Assembly (NCBI GenBank): GCA_030390025.1
Contig: JASTWF010000325.1
Coordinates: 434,001 to 498,000 of the forward strand
DNA length: 64,000 nt
Direction of reading: 5' to 3'
Source: Squalus acanthias
Taxonomy: Eukaryota
How positions within the stretch are numbered: position 1 is the first letter of the stretch; every line of letters begins with the position of its first letter. Under the pieces are notes generated by a model, which was given only the letters and a program-made list of their open reading frames with translations, made no database searches and was not told where the DNA came from. The position numbers were made by a program, and so were the translations under genes. Positions 32,801 through 49,078 of this stretch are shown piece after piece.

Positions 32801-35800
32801 TGGGACACAATGTGAATGGGACACAATGTGAATGAGACACAGTGTGAATGAGACACAGTGTGAATGGGACACAGTGTGAATGAGACACAGTGTGAATGAG
32901 ACACAATGTGAATGGGACACAGTGTGAATGAGACACAGTGTGAATGAGACACAGTGTGAATGGGACACAGTGAGAATGAGACACAATGTGAATGGGACAC
33001 AATGTGAATGAGACACAATGTGAATGGGACACAGTGTGAATGAGACACAGTGTGAATGAGACACAGTGTTAATGAGACACAGTGTGAATGGGACACAATG
33101 TGAATGAGACACAATGTGAATGGGACACAGTGAGAATGAGACACAATGTGAATGGGACACAATGTGAATGAGACACAATGTGAATGGGACACAGTGTGAA
33201 TGGGACACAGTGTGAATGGGACACAGTGTGAATGAGACACAGTGTGAATGGGACACAGTGTGAATGAGACACAATGTGAATGGGAAACAGTGAGAATGAG
33301 ACACAGTGTGAATGAGACACAGTGAGAATGGGACACAATGTGAATGAGACACAGTGTGAATGGGACACAATGTGAATGGGACACACTGTGAATGGGACAC
33401 AGTGTGAATGAGACACAATGTGAATGGGACACAGTGAGAATGAGACACAGTGTGAATGAGACACAGTGTGAATGGGACACAGTGAGAATAAGACACAGTG
33501 TGAATGAGACACAATGTGAATGAGACACAGTGTGAATGGGACACAGTGTGAATGAGACACAGTGTGAATGAGACACAATGTGAATGGGACACAATGTGAA
33601 TGGGACACAGTGAGAATGAGACACAGTGTGAATGAGACACAATGTGAATGGGACACAGTGAGAATGAGACACAGTGTGAATGAGACACAGTGTGAATGAG
33701 ACACAATGTGAATGAGACACAATGTGAATGGGACACAGTGAGAATGAGACACAGTGTGAATGAGACACAGTGTGAATGAGACACAATGTGAATGGGACAC
33801 AGTGTGAATGAGACACAGTGTGAATGAGACACAATGTGAATGGAACACAGTGTGAATGGGATACAGTGTGAATGAGACACAATGTGAATGGGACACAGTG
33901 AGAATGAGACACAATGTGAATGGGACACAATGTGAATGAGACACAATGTGAATGGGACACAGTGAGAATGAGACACAGTGTGAATGAGACACAGTGTGAA
34001 TGGGACACAGTGAGAATGAGACACAGTGTGAATGAGACACAGTGTGAATGAGACACAGTGTGAATGAGACACAATGTGAATGGGAGACAATGTGAATGGA
34101 ACACAGTGAGAATGAGACACAGTGTGAATGGGACACAATGTGAATGGGACACAATGTGAATGAGACACAGTGTGAATGAGACACAGTGTGAATGAGACAC
34201 AGTGAGAATGAGACACAGTGTGAATGAGACACAGTGTGAATGAGACACAGTGTGAATGAGACACAGTGTGAATGGGACACAATGTGAATGGGACACAGTG
34301 AGAATGAGACACAGTGTGAATGAGACACAGTGTGAATGAGACACAATGTGAATGGGACACAGTGAGAATGATACACAGTGTGAATGAGACACAGTGTGAA
34401 TGGGACACAGTGAGAATGAGACACAATGTGAATGAGACACAGTGTGAATGAGACACAGTGTGAATGAGACACAATGTGAATGCGACACAATGTGAATGGG
34501 ACACAGTGAGAATGAGACACAGTGTGAAAGAGACACAATGTGAATGGGACACAGTGAGAATGAGACACAGTGTGAATGAGACACAGTGTGAATGGGACAC
34601 AATGTGAATGGGACACAATGTGAATGAGACACAGTGTGAATGAGACACAGTGTGAATGGGACACAGTGTGAATGAGACACAGTGTGAATGAGACACAATG
34701 TGAATGGGACACAGTGTGAATGAGACAAAGTGTGAATGAGACACAGTGTGAATGGGACACGGTGAGAATGAGACACAATGTGAATGGGACACAATGTGAA
34801 TGAGACAAAATGTGAATGGGACACAGTGTGAATGAGACACAGTGTGAATGAGACACAGTGTGAATGAGACACAGTGTGAATGGGACACAATGTGAATGAG
34901 ACACAATGTGAATGGGACACAGTGAGAATGAGACACAATGTGAATGGGACACAATGTGAATGAGACACAATGTGAATGAGACACAGTGTGAATGAGACAC
35001 AGTGTGAATGAGACACAATGTGAATGGGACACAATGTGAATGGGACACAGTGAGAATGAGACACAGTGTGAATGGGACACAATGTGAATGGGACACAATG
35101 TGAATGAGACACAGTGTGAATGAGACACAGTGTGAATGGGACACAGTGTGAATGAGACACAGTGTGAATGGGACACAGTGTGAATGGGACACAGTGTGAA
35201 TGGGACACAGTGTGAATGAGACACAATGTGAATGAGACACAGTGTGAATGAGACACAATGTGAATGGGACACAGTGTGAATGAGACACAGTGTGAATGAG
35301 ACACAGTGTGAATGGGACACAGTGAGAATGAGACACAATGTGAATGGGACACAATGTGAATGAGACACAATGTGAATGGGACACAGTGTGAATGAGACAC
35401 AGTGTGAATGAGACACAGTGTGAATGAGACACAGTGTGAATGGGACACAATGTGAATGAGACACAATGTGAATGGGACACAGTGAGAATGAGACACAATG
35501 TGAATGGGACACAATGTGAATGAGACACAATGTGAATGAGACACAGTGTGAATGGGACACAGTGTGAATGGGACACAGTGTGAATGGGACACAGTGTGAA
35601 TGAGACACAGTGTGAATGGGACACAGTGTGAATGAGACACAATGTGAATGGGAAACAGTGAGAATGAGACACAGTGTGAATGAGACACAGTGAGAATGGG
35701 ACACAATGTGAATGAGACACAGTGTGAATGGGACACAATGTGAATGGGACACACTGTGAATGGGACACAGTGTGAATGAGACACAATGTGAATGGGACAC

Positions 35801-38800
35801 AGTGAGAATGAGACACAGTGTGAATGAGACACAGTGTGAATGGGACACAGTGAGAATAAGACACAGGGTGAATGAGACACAATGTGAATGAGACACAGTG
35901 TGAATGGGACACAGTGTGAATGAGACACAGTGTGAATGAGACACAATGTGAATGGGACACAATGTGAATGGGACACAGTGAGAATGAGACACAGTGTGAA
36001 TGAGACACAATGTGAATGGGACACAGTGAGAATGAGACACAGTGTGAATGAGACACAGTGTGAATGAGACACAATGTGAATGAGACACAATGTGAATGGG
36101 ACACAGTGAGAATGAGACACAGTGTGAATGAGACACAGTGTGAATGAGACACAATGTGAATGGGACACAGTGTGAATGAGACACAGTGTGAATGAGACAC
36201 AATGTGAATGGGACACAGTGTGAATGGGATACAGTGTGAATGAGACACAATGTGAATGGGACACAGTGAGAATGAGACACAATGTGAATGGGACACAATG
36301 TGAATGAGACACAATGTGAATGGGACACAGTGAGAATGAGACACAGTGTGAATGAGACACAGTGTGAATGGGACACAGTGAGAATGAGACACAGTGTGAA
36401 TGAGACACAGTGTGAATGAGACACAGTGTGAATGAGACACAATGTGAATGGGAGACAATGTGAATGGAACACAGTGAGAATGAGACACAGTGTGAATGGG
36501 ACACAATGTGAATGGGACACAATGTGAATGAGACACAGTGTGAATGAGACACAGTGTGAATGAGACACAGTGAGAATGAGACACAGTGTGAATGAGACAC
36601 AGTGTGAATGAGACACAGTGTGAATGAGACACAGTGTAAATGGGACACAATGTGAATGGGACACAGTGAGAATGAGACACAGTGTGAATGAGACACAGTG
36701 TGAATGAGACACAATGTGAATGGGACACAGTGAGAATGATACACAGTGTGAATGAGACACAGTGTGAATGGGACACAGTGAGAATGAGACACAATGTGAA
36801 TGAGACACAGTGTGAATGAGACACAGTGTGAATGAGACACAATGTGAATGTGACACAATGTGAATGGGACACAGTGAGAATGAGACACAGTGTGAATGAG
36901 ACACAATGTGAATGGGACACAGTGAGAATGAGACACAGTGTGAATGAGACACAGTGTGAATGAGACTCAATGTGAATGAGACACAATGTGAATGGGACAC
37001 AGTGAGAATGAGACACAGTGTGAATGGGACACAATGTGAATGGGACACAATGTGAATGAGACACAGTGTGAATGAGACACAGTGTGAATGGGACACAGTG
37101 TGAATGAGACACAGTGTGAATGAGACACAATGTGAATGGGACACAGTGTGAATGAGACACAGTGTGAATGAGACACAGTGTGAATGGGACACAGTGAGAA
37201 TGAGACACAATGTGAATGGGACACAATGTGAATGAGACACAATGTGAATGGGACACAGTGTGAATGAGACACAGTGTGAATGAGACACAGTGTTAATGAG
37301 ACACAGTGTGAATGGGACACAATGTGAATGAGACACAATGTGAATGGGACACAGTGAGAATGAGACACAATGTGAATGGGACACAATGTGAATGAGACAC
37401 AATGTGAATGAGACACAGTGTGAATGGGACACAGTGTGAATGGGACACAGTGTGAATGGGACACAGTGTGAATGAGACACAGTGTGAATGCGACACAGTG
37501 TGAATGAGACACAATGTGAATGGGAAACAGTGAGAATGAGACACAGTGTGAATGAGACAGAGTGAGAATGGGACACAATGTGAATGAGACACAGTGTGAA
37601 TGGGACACAATGTGAATGGGACACACTGTGAATGGGACACAGTGTGAATGAGACACAATGTGAATGGGACACAGTGAGAATGAGACACAGTGTGAATGAG
37701 ACACAGTGTGAATGGGACACAGTGAGAATAAGACACAGTGGGAATGAGACACAATGTGAATGAGACACAGTGTGAATGGGACACAGTGTGAATGAGACAC
37801 AGTGTGAATGAGACACAATGTGAATGGGACACAATGTGAATGGGACACAGTGAGAATGAGACACAGTGTGAATGAGACACAATGTGAATGGGACACAGTG
37901 AGAATGAGACACAGTGTGAATGAGACACAGTGTGAATGAGACACAATGTGAATGAGACACAATGTGAATGGGACACAGTGAGAATGAGACACAGTGTGAA
38001 TGAGACACAGTGTGAATGAGACACAATGTGAATGGGACACAGTGTGAATGAGACACAGTGTGAATGAGACACAATGTGAATGGGACACAGTGTGAATGGG
38101 ATACAGTGTGAATGAGACACAATGTGAATGGGACACAGTGAGAATGAGACACAATGTGAATGGGACACAATGTGAATGAGACACAATGTGAATGGGACAC
38201 AGTGAGAATGAGACACAGTGTGAATGAGACACAGTGTGAATGGGACACAGTGAGAATGAGACACAGTGTGAATGAGACACAGTGTGAATGAGACACAGTG
38301 TGAATGAGACACAATGTGAATGGGAGACAATGTGAATGGAACACAGTGAGAATGAGACACAGTGTGAATGGGACACAATGTGAATGGGACACAATGTGAA
38401 TGAGACACAGTGTGAATGAGACACAGTGTGAATGAGACACAGTGAGAATGAGACACAGTGTGAATGAGACACAGTGTGAATGAGACACAGTGTGAATGAG
38501 ACACAGTGTGAATGAGACACAATGTGAATGGGACACAGTGAGAATGAGACACAGTGTGAATGAGACACAGTGTGAATGAGACACAATGTGAATGGGACAC
38601 AGTGAGAATGATACACAGTGTGAATGAGACACAATGTGAATGGGACACAGTGAGAATGAGACACAGTGTGAATGGGACACAGTGAGAATGAGACACAATG
38701 TGAATGAGACACAGTGTGAATGAGACACAGTGTGAATGAGACACAATGTGAATGCGACACAATGTGAATGGGACACAGTGAGAATGAGACACAGTGTGAA

Positions 38801-39760
38801 TGAGACACAATGTGAATGGGACACAGTGAGAATGAGACACAGTGTGAATGAGACACAGTGTGAATGAGACACAATGTGAATGAGACACAATGTGAATGGG
38901 ACACAGTGAGAATGAGACACAGTGTGAATGGGACACAATGTGAATGGGACACAATGTGAATGAGACACAGTGTGAATGAGACACAGTGTGAATGGGACAC
39001 AGTGTGAATGAGACACAGTGTGAATGAGACACAATGTGAATGGGACACAGTGTGAATGAGACAAAGTGTGAATGAGACACAGTGTGAATGGGACACGGTG
39101 AGAATGAGACACAATGTGAATGGGACACAATGTGAATGAGACAAAATGTGAATGGGACACAGTGTGAATGAGACACAGTGTGAATGAGACACAGTGTGAA
39201 TGAGACACAGTGTGAATGGGACACAATGTGAATGAGACACAATGTGAATGGGACACAGTGAGAATGAGACACAATGTGAATGGGACACAATGTGAATGAG
39301 ACACAATGTGAATGAGACACAGTGTGAATGAGACACAGTGTGAATGAGACACAATGTGAATGGGACACAATGTGAATGGGACACAGTGAGAATGAGACAC
39401 AGTGTGAATGGGACACAATGTGAATGGGACACAATGTGAATGAGACACAGTGTGAATGAGACACAGTGTGAATGGGACACAGTGTGAATGAGACACAGTG
39501 TGAATGGGACACAGTGTGAATGGGACACAGTGTGAATGGGACACAGTGTGAATGAGACACAGTGTGAATGGGACACAGTGCGAATGAGACACAGTGTGAA
39601 TGAGACACAGTGTGAATGGGACACAGTGAGAATGAGACACAATGTGAATGAGAGACAGTGTGAATGGGACACAGTGTGAATGAGACACAGTGTGAATGAG
39701 ACACAATGTGAATGGGACACAATGTGAATGGGACACAGTGAGAATGAGACACAGTGTGAA
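26812..39760. repeat. 16-bp satellite GTGAATG(A/G)GACACA(G/A)T, block 1
   Basis: ~800 units with recurring variant units forming higher-order structure. Confidence 0.98.
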
Positions 39761-41375
39761 GGAAGACAAAAAAAACCTCCCTGGGATATCGGGAAAAATG
39801 GGGACATTGGCAAAGGAGGAACTGACGCAAATCAATATCTCTAAGGATATGGTGTTAAGGAAGCTAAAGGGATTGAAGGCGGACAAATCCCCAGGGCCTG
39901 ATAACATGCATCCTAGGGTGCTGAAGGAGGTGGCCCTAGAGATAGCGGATGCACTAAGTATGATTTTTCAGAATTCATTAGACTCGGGAACAGTGCCCAT
40001 GGATTGGAGGGTAGCTAACGTTACCCCACTATTCAAAAAGTGGGGTAGGGAAAAAGCAGGTAATTACAGACCTGTAAGCCTTACATCAGTTGTGGGCAAA
40101 ATGCTGGAGTCCATCATTAAGGATGAAATAGCGGAGCACTTAGCAAATGGGGACAGGATAGGACAGAGTCAACATGGATTTACAAAGGGTAAATCGTGCT
40201 TGACTAATCTATTGGAATTTTTTGAGGGAGTAACTGGTAAAATAGATGGGGGAGAGCCAGTAGATGTGGTGTACCTGGACTTCCAAATGGCCTTCGATAA
40301 GGTCCCACATAAAAGATTAGCATGGAAAATTGAAGTTCATGGGATAAAGGGGAAAGTATTGACGTGGATAGAGAACTGGCTGTCAGATAGAAAACAGAGA
40401 GTTGGAATAAACGGCTCATTTTCTGAATGGCAGGCAGTAACAAGTGGGGTACCACAGGGATCTGTCCTGGGTCCCCAGCTGTTCACAATTTACATTAATG
40501 ACCTGGATCAGGGAGTCGGATGCAGCATTTCCAAATTTGCAGACGACACTAAACTAGGAGGGGGGGTGGGCTCAGAGGAGGAGACCAGGAAGCTCCAGAG
40601 CGATTTGGACAGACTGGGTGATTGGGCGGATAAATGGCAGATGCACTATAATGTGGACAAGTGCGAAGTTATCCACCTTGGGTGCAGGAACGGGAGGGCA
40701 AATTATTATTTAAATGGCAATAAATTGGGAGAGGGGGAAGTACAGAGAGACCTGGGTGTTCTTGTACACCAGTCACTGAAGGCGAGCATGCAGGTGCAAC
40801 AGGCGGTCAAGAAGGCAAACGGTATGCTGGCCTTCATAGCAAAAGGGTTGGAATACAGGAACAGGGATACCTTGCTGCAGCTGTACAGGGCACTGGTGAG
40901 ACCACACCTCGAGTACTGTGTACAGTTTTGGTCGCCTCATCTGAGGAAAGATGTTCTTGCCATGGAGGGGGTGCAGCGGCGATTCACCAGGCTGATACCA
41001 GGAATGGCGGGATTGACCTATGAGGAGAGACTATGTAGTTTAGGGATGTACACACTGGAGTTTAGAAGATTGAGAGGGGACCTCATAGAAGTGTATAAAA
41101 TTCTGACAGGTCTAGACAGACTAGATGCAGAAGGAATGTTTCCCTTGGCGGGTGAGAACAGAACTAGAGGACATAATTTAAGGATAAGGGCTAAACCATT
41201 TAGGACAGAAATGAGGGGGAATTTCTTCACTCAGAGGGTGGTGAACCTGTGGAACTCATTGCCACAGAGGGCAGTGTACGCCAGCTCATTAAATATATTT
41301 AAGAGGGAATTAGATATATTTCTACAGGCAAAAGGGGTTAAGGGTTACGGAGAGAAGGCGGGGACGGGATACTGA
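39761..41375 (+). CDS. CR1 ORF2 reverse transcriptase domain (N-terminally truncated, frame intact)
   Basis: [44 protein letters not shown]; stop at 41373-41375. Confidence 0.88.
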
Positions 41376-41468
41376 ATTGGAGGATCAGCCATGATCTCAT
41401 TAAATGGCGGAGCAGGCTCGAAGGGCCGGATGGCCTACTCCTGCTCCTATCTTCTATGTATCTAAGTA
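39761..41468 (+). mobile_element. 5'-truncated CR1 LINE inserted in the satellite
   Basis: Abrupt junction GTGTGAA|GGAAGAC; uninterrupted RT frame; tail GATCAGCCATGATCTCATTAAATGGCGGAGCAGGCTCGAAGGGCCGGATGGCCTACTCCTGCTCCTATCTTCTATGT. Confidence 0.96.
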
Positions 41469-44400
41469 TGAATGAGACACAATGTGGATGGGACACAGTG
41501 AGAATGAGACACAGTGTGAATGAGACACAGTGTGAATGAGACACAGTGTGAATGAGACACAATGTGAATGAGACACAATGTGAATGGGACACAGTGAGAA
41601 TGAGACACAGTGTGAATGAGACACAGTGTGAATGGGACACAGTGTGAATGGGACACAGTGAGAATGAGACACAGTGTGAATGAGACACAGTGTGAATGAG
41701 ACACAGTGTGAATGAGACACAGTGTGAATGGGACACAGTGAGAATGAGACACAGTGTGAATGAGACACAGTGTGAATGAGACACAGTGTGAATGATTAAC
41801 AGTGTGAATGGGACACAATGTGAATGGGACACAGTGTGAATGGGACACAGTGTGAATGAGACACAATGTGAATGAGACACAGTGTGAATGGGACACAGTG
41901 TGAATGGGACACAGTGTGAATGGGACACAGTGTGAATGAGACACAGTGTGAATGGGACACAGTGAGAATGAGACACAGTGTGAATGAGACACAGTGTGAA
42001 TGGGACACAGTGAGAATGAGACACAGTGTGAATGAGACACAGTGTGAATGAGACACAGTGTGAATGAGACACAGTGTGAATGGGACACAATGTGAATGGG
42101 ACACAGTGTGAATGGGACACAGTGTGAATGAGACACAATGTGAATGGGACACAGTGAGAATGAGACACAGTGTGAATGAGACACAGTGTGAATGGGACAC
42201 AGTGAGAATGAGACACAGTGTGAATGAGACACAATGTGAATGAGACACAGTGTGAATGGGACACAGTGTGAATGAGACACAGTGTGAATGAGACACAATG
42301 TGAATGGGACACAATGTGAATGGGACACGGTGAGAATGAGACACAGTGTGAATGAGACACAATGTGAATGGGACACAGTGAGAATGAGACACAGTGTGAA
42401 TGAGACACAGTGTGAATGAGACACAATGTGAATGAGACACAATGTGAATGGGACACAGTGAGAATGAGACACAGTGTGAATGAGACACAGTGTGAATGAG
42501 ACACAATGTGAATGGGACACAGTGTGAATGAGACACAGTGTGAATGAGACACAATGTGAATGGGACACAGTGTGAATGGGATACAGTGTGAATGAGACAC
42601 AATGTGAATGGGACACAGTGAGAATGAGACACAATGTGAATGGGACACAATGTGAATGAGACACAATGTGAATGGGACACAGTGAGAATGAGACACAGTG
42701 TGAATGAGACACAGTGTGAATGGGACACAGTGTGAATGAGACACAGTGTGAATGAGACACAGTGTGAATGAGACACAATGTGAATGGGACACAATGTGAA
42801 TGGGACACAGTGAGAATGAGACACAGTGTGAATGGGACACAATGTGAATGGGACACAATGTGAATGAGACAGTGTGAATGAGACACAGTGTGAATGGGAC
42901 ACAATGTGAATGGGACACAGTGAGAATGAGACACAGTGTGAATGAGACACAATGTGAATGGGACACAGTGAGAATGAGACACAGTGTGAATGAGACACAG
43001 TGTGAATGGGACACAGTGAGAATGAGACACAATGTGAATGAGACACAGTGTGAATGAGACACAGTGTGAATGAGACACAGTGAGAATGAGACACAGTGTG
43101 AATGGGACACAATGTGAATGAGACACAGTGTGAATGAGACACAGTGTGAATGAGACACAATGTGAATGGGACACAATGTGAATGGGACACAGTGAGAATG
43201 AGACACAGTGTGAATGAGACACAGTGTGAATGAGACACAATGTGAATGGGACACAGTGAGAATGAGACACAGTGTGAATGAGAGACAGTGTGAATGAGAC
43301 ACAATGTGAATGAGACACAATGTGAATGGGACACAGTGAGAATGAGACACAGTGTGAATGGGACACAATGTGAATGGGACACAATGTGAATGAGACACAG
43401 TGTGAATGAGACACAGTGTGAATGGGACACAGTGTGAATGAGACACAGTGTGAATGAGACACAATGTGAATGGGACACAGTGTGAATGAGACAAAGTGTG
43501 AATGAGACACAGTGTGAATGGGACACAGTGAGAATGAGACACAATGTGAATAGGACACAATGTGAATGAGACACAGTGTGAATGGGACACAGTGTGAATG
43601 AGACACAGTGTGAATGAGACACAGTGTGAATGAGACACCGTGTGAATGGGACACAATGTGAATGAGACACAATGTGAATGGGACACAGTGAGAATGAGAC
43701 ACAATGTGAATGGGACACAACGTGAATGAGACACAATGTGAATGAGACACAGTGTGAATGAGACACAGTGTGAATGAGACACAATGTGAATGGGACACAA
43801 TGTGAATGGGACACAGTGAGAATCAGACACAGTGTGAATGGGACACAATGTGAAAGGGACACAATGTGAATGAGACACAGTGTGAATGAGACACAGTGTG
43901 AATGGGACACAGTGTGAATGAGACACAGTGTGAATGGGACACAGTGTGAATGGGACACAGTGTGAATGGGACACAGTGTGAATGAGACACAGTGTGAATG
44001 GGACACAGTGAGAATTAGACACAGTGTGAATGAGACACAGTGTGAATGGGACACAGTGAGAATGAGACACAGTGTGAATGAGACACAGTGTGAATGAGAC
44101 ACAGTGTGAATGAGACACAGTGTGAATGGGACACAATGTGAATGGGACACAGTGTGAATGGGACACAGTGTGAATGAGACACAATGTGAATGGGACACAG
44201 TGAGAATGAGACACAGTGTGAATGAGACACAGTGTGAATGGGACACAGTGAGAATGAGACACAATGTGAATGGGACACAGTGAGAATGAGACACAGTGTG
44301 AATGAGACACAATGTGAATGGGACACAGTGAGAATGAGACACAATGCTAATGAGACACAGTGTGAAGGGGACACAGTGTGAATGAGACACCGTGTGAATG

Positions 44401-47400
44401 AGACACAATGTGAATGGGACACAACGTGAATGGGACACAGTGAGAATGAGACACAATGTGAATGGGTCACAGTGAGAATGAGACACAGTGTGAATGAGAC
44501 ACAGTGTGAATGGGACACAGTGAGAATGAGACACAGTGTGAATGAGACACAATGTGAATGAGACACAGTGTGAATGGGACACAGTGTGAATGAGACACAG
44601 TGTGAATGAGACACAATGTGAATGGGACACAATGTGAATGGGACACAGTGAGAATGAGACACAGTGTGAATGAGACACAATGTGAATGGGACACAGTGAG
44701 AATGAGACACAGTGTGAATGAGACACAGTGTGAATGAGACACAATGTGAATGAGACACAATGTGAATGGGACACAGTGTGAATGAGACACAATGTGAATG
44801 AGACACAGTGTGAATGGGACACAGTGTGAATGAGACACAGTGTGAATGGGACACAGTGTGAATGGTACACAGTGTGAATGGGACACAGTGTGAATGAGAC
44901 ACAGTGTGAATGGGACACAGTGAGAATGAGACACAGTGTGAATGAGACACAGTGTGAATGGGACACAGTGAGAATGAGACACAGTGTGAATGAGACACAG
45001 TGTGAATGAGACACAGTGTGAATGAGACACAGTGTGAATGGGACACAGTGTGAATGGGACACAGTGTGAATGAGACACAATGTGAATGGGACACAGTGAG
45101 AATGAGACACAGTGTGAATGAGACACAGTTTGAATGGGACACAGTGAGAATGAGAGACAGTGTGAATGAGACACAATGTGAATGAGACACAGTGTGAATG
45201 GGACACAGTGTGAATGAAACACAGTGTGAATGAGACACAATGTGAATGGGACACAATGTGAATGGGACACAGTGAGAATGAGACACAGTGTGAATGAGAC
45301 ACAATGTGAATGTGACACCGTGAGAATGAGACACAGTGTGAATGAGACACAGTGTGAATGAGACACAATGTGAATGAGACACAATGTGAATGGGACACAG
45401 TGAGAATGAGACACAGTGTGAATGAGACACAGTGTGAATGAGACACAATGTGAATGGGACACATTGTGAATGAGAGACAGTGTGAATGAGACACAATGTG
45501 AATGGCACACAGTGAGAATGAGACACAGTGTGAATGGGACACAATGTGAATGGGACACAATGTGAATGAGACAGTGTGAATGAGACACAGTGTGAATGGG
45601 ACACAATGTGAATGGGACACAGTGAGAATGAGACACAGTGTGAATGAGACACAATGTGAATGGGACACAGTGAGAATGAGACACAGTGTGAATGAGACAC
45701 AGTGTGAATGGGACACAGTGAGAATGAGACACAATGTGAATGAGACACAGTGTGAATGAGACACAGTGTGAATGAGACACAGTGAGAATGAGACACAGTG
45801 TGAATGGGACACAATGTGAATGAGACACAGTGTGAATGAGACACAGTGTGAATGAGACACAATGTGAATGGGACACAATGTGAATGGGACACAGTGAGAA
45901 TGAGACACAGTGTGAATGAGACACAGTGTGAATGAGACACAATGTGAATGGGACACAGTGAGAATGAGACACAGTGTGAATGAGAGACAGTGTGAATGAG
46001 ACACAATGTGAATGAGACACAATGTGAATGGGACACAGTGAGAATGAGACACAGTGTGAATGGGACACAATGTGAATGGGACACAATGTGAATGAGACAC
46101 AGTGTGAATGAGACACAGTGTGAATGGGACACAGTGTGAATGAGACACAGTGTGAATGAGACACAATGTGAATGGGACACAGTGTGAATGAGACAAAGTG
46201 TGAATGAGACACAGTGTGAATGGGACACAGTGAGAATGAGACACAATGTGAATAGGACACAATGTGAATGAGACACAGTGTGAATGGGACACAGTGTGAA
46301 TGAGACACAGTGTGAATGAGACTCAGTGTGAATGAGACACCGTGTGAATGGGACACAATGTGAATGAGACACAATGTGAATGGGACACAGTGAGAATGAG
46401 ACACAATGTGAATGGGACACAATGTGAATGAGACACAATGTGAATGAGACACAGTGTGAATGAGACACAGTGTGAATGAGACACAATGTGAATGGGACAC
46501 AATGTGAATGGGACACAGTGAGAATCAGACACAGTGTGAATGGGACACAATGTGAAAGGGACACAATGTGAATGAGACACAGTGTGAATGAGACACAGTG
46601 TGAATGGGACACAGTGTGAATGAGACACAGTGTGAATGGGACACAGTGTGAATGGGACACAGTGTGAATGGGACACAGTGTGAATGAGACACAGTGTGAA
46701 TGGGACACAGTGAGAATGAGACACAGTGTGAATGAGACACAGTGTGAATGAGACACAGTGTGAATGAGACACAGTGTGAATGGGACACAATGTGAATGGG
46801 ACACAGTGTGAATGGGACACAGTGTGAATGAGACACAATGTGAATGGGACACAGTGAGAATGAGACACAGTGTGAATGAGACACAGTGTGAATGGGACAC
46901 AGTGAGAATGAGACACAATGTGAATGGGACACAGTGAGAATGAGACACAGTGTGAATGAGACACAATGTGAATGGGACACAGTGAGAATGAGACACAATG
47001 CTAATGAGACACAGTGTGAATGGGACACAGTGTGAATGAGACACCGTGTGAATGAGACACAATGTGAATGGGACACAACGTGAATGGGACACAGTGAGAA
47101 TGAGACACAATGTGAATGGGACACAGTGTGAATGGGACACAGTGAGAATGAGACACAGTGTGAATGAGACACAATGTGAATGAGACACAGTGTGAATGGG
47201 ACACAGTGTGAATGAGACACAGTGTGAATGAGACACAATGTGAATGGGACACAATGTGAATGGGACACAGTGAGAATGAGACACAGTGTGAATGAGACAC
47301 AATGTGAATGGGACACAGTGAGAATGAGACACAGTGTGAATGAGACACAGTGTGAATGAGACACAATGTGAATGAGACACAATGTGAATGGGACACAGTG

Positions 47401-49078
47401 TGAATGAGACACAATGTGAATGAGACACAGTGTGAATGGGACACAGTGTGAATGAGACACAGTGTGAATGGGACACAGTGTGAATGGTACACAGTGTGAA
47501 TGGGACACAGTGTGAATGAGACACAGTGTGAATGGGACACAGTGAGAATGAGACACAGTGTGAATGAGACACAGTGTGAATGGGACACAGTGAGAATGAG
47601 ACACAGTGTGAATGAGACACAGTGTGAATGAGACACAGTGTGAATGAGACACAGTGTGAAGGGGACACAATGTGAATGGGACACAGTGTGAATGGGACAC
47701 AGTGTGAATGAGACACAATGTGAATGGGACACAGTGAGAATGAGACACAGTGTGAATGAGACACAGTTTGAATGGGACACAGTGAGAATGAGACACAGTG
47801 TGAATGAGACACAATGTGAATGAGACACAGTGTGAATGGGACACAGTGTGAATGAAACACAGTGTGAATGAGACACAATGTGAATGGGACACAATGTGAA
47901 TGGGACACAGTGAGAATGAGACACAGTGTGAATGAGACACAATGTGAATGAGACACAATGTGAATGGGACACAGTGAGAATGAGACACAGTGTGAATGAG
48001 ACACAGTGTGAATGAGACACAATGTGAATGGGACACATTGTGAATGAGAGACAGTGTGAATGAGACACAATGTGAATGGCACACAGTGTGAATGGGACAC
48101 AGTGAGAATGAGACACAATGTGAATGGGACACAATGTGAATGAGACACAATGTGAATGGGACACAGTGAGAATGAGACACAGTGTGAATGAAACACAGTG
48201 TGAATGAGACACAATGTGAATGAGACACAGTGTGAATGGGACACAGTGAGAATGAGACACAGTGTGAATGAGACACAGTGTGAATGAGACACAGTGTGAA
48301 TGAGACACAATGTGAATGGGACACAGTGTGAATGGGACACAATGAGAATGAGACACAGTGTGAATGGGACACAATGTGAATGGGACACAATGTGAATGAG
48401 ACACAGTGTGAATGAGACACAGTGTGAATGGGACACAGTGAGAATGAGACACAGTGTGAATGAGACACAGTGTGAATGAGACACAGTGTGAATGAGACAC
48501 AGTGTGAATGGGACACAATGTGAATGGGACACAGTGAGAATGAGACACAGTGTGAATGAGACACAGTGTGAATGAGACACAATGTGAATGGGACACAGTG
48601 AGAATGAGACACAGTGTGAATGAGACACAGTGTGAATGAGACACAGTGAAAATGAGACACAATGTGAATGAGACACAGTGTGAATGAGACACAGTGTGAA
48701 TGAGACACAATGTGAATGGGACACAATGTGAATGGGACACAGTGAGAATGAGACACAGTGTGAATGAGACACAATGTGAATGGGACACAGTGAGAATGAG
48801 ACACAGTGTGAATGAGACACAGTGTGAATGAGACACAATGTGAATGAGACACAATGTGAATGGGACACAGTGAGAATGAGACACAGTGTGAATGGGACAC
48901 AATGTGAATGGGACACAATGTGAATGAGACACAGTGTGAATGAGACACAGTGTGAATGGGACACAGTGTGAATGAGACACAGTGTGAATGAGACACAATG
49001 TGAATGGGACACAGTGTGAATGAGACAAAGTGTGAATGAAGCACAGTGTGAATGGGACACAGTGAGAATGAGACACAA
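41469..49078. repeat. 16-bp satellite, block 2
   Basis: Same unit; contains a ~2.7-kb internal duplication. Confidence 0.98.
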
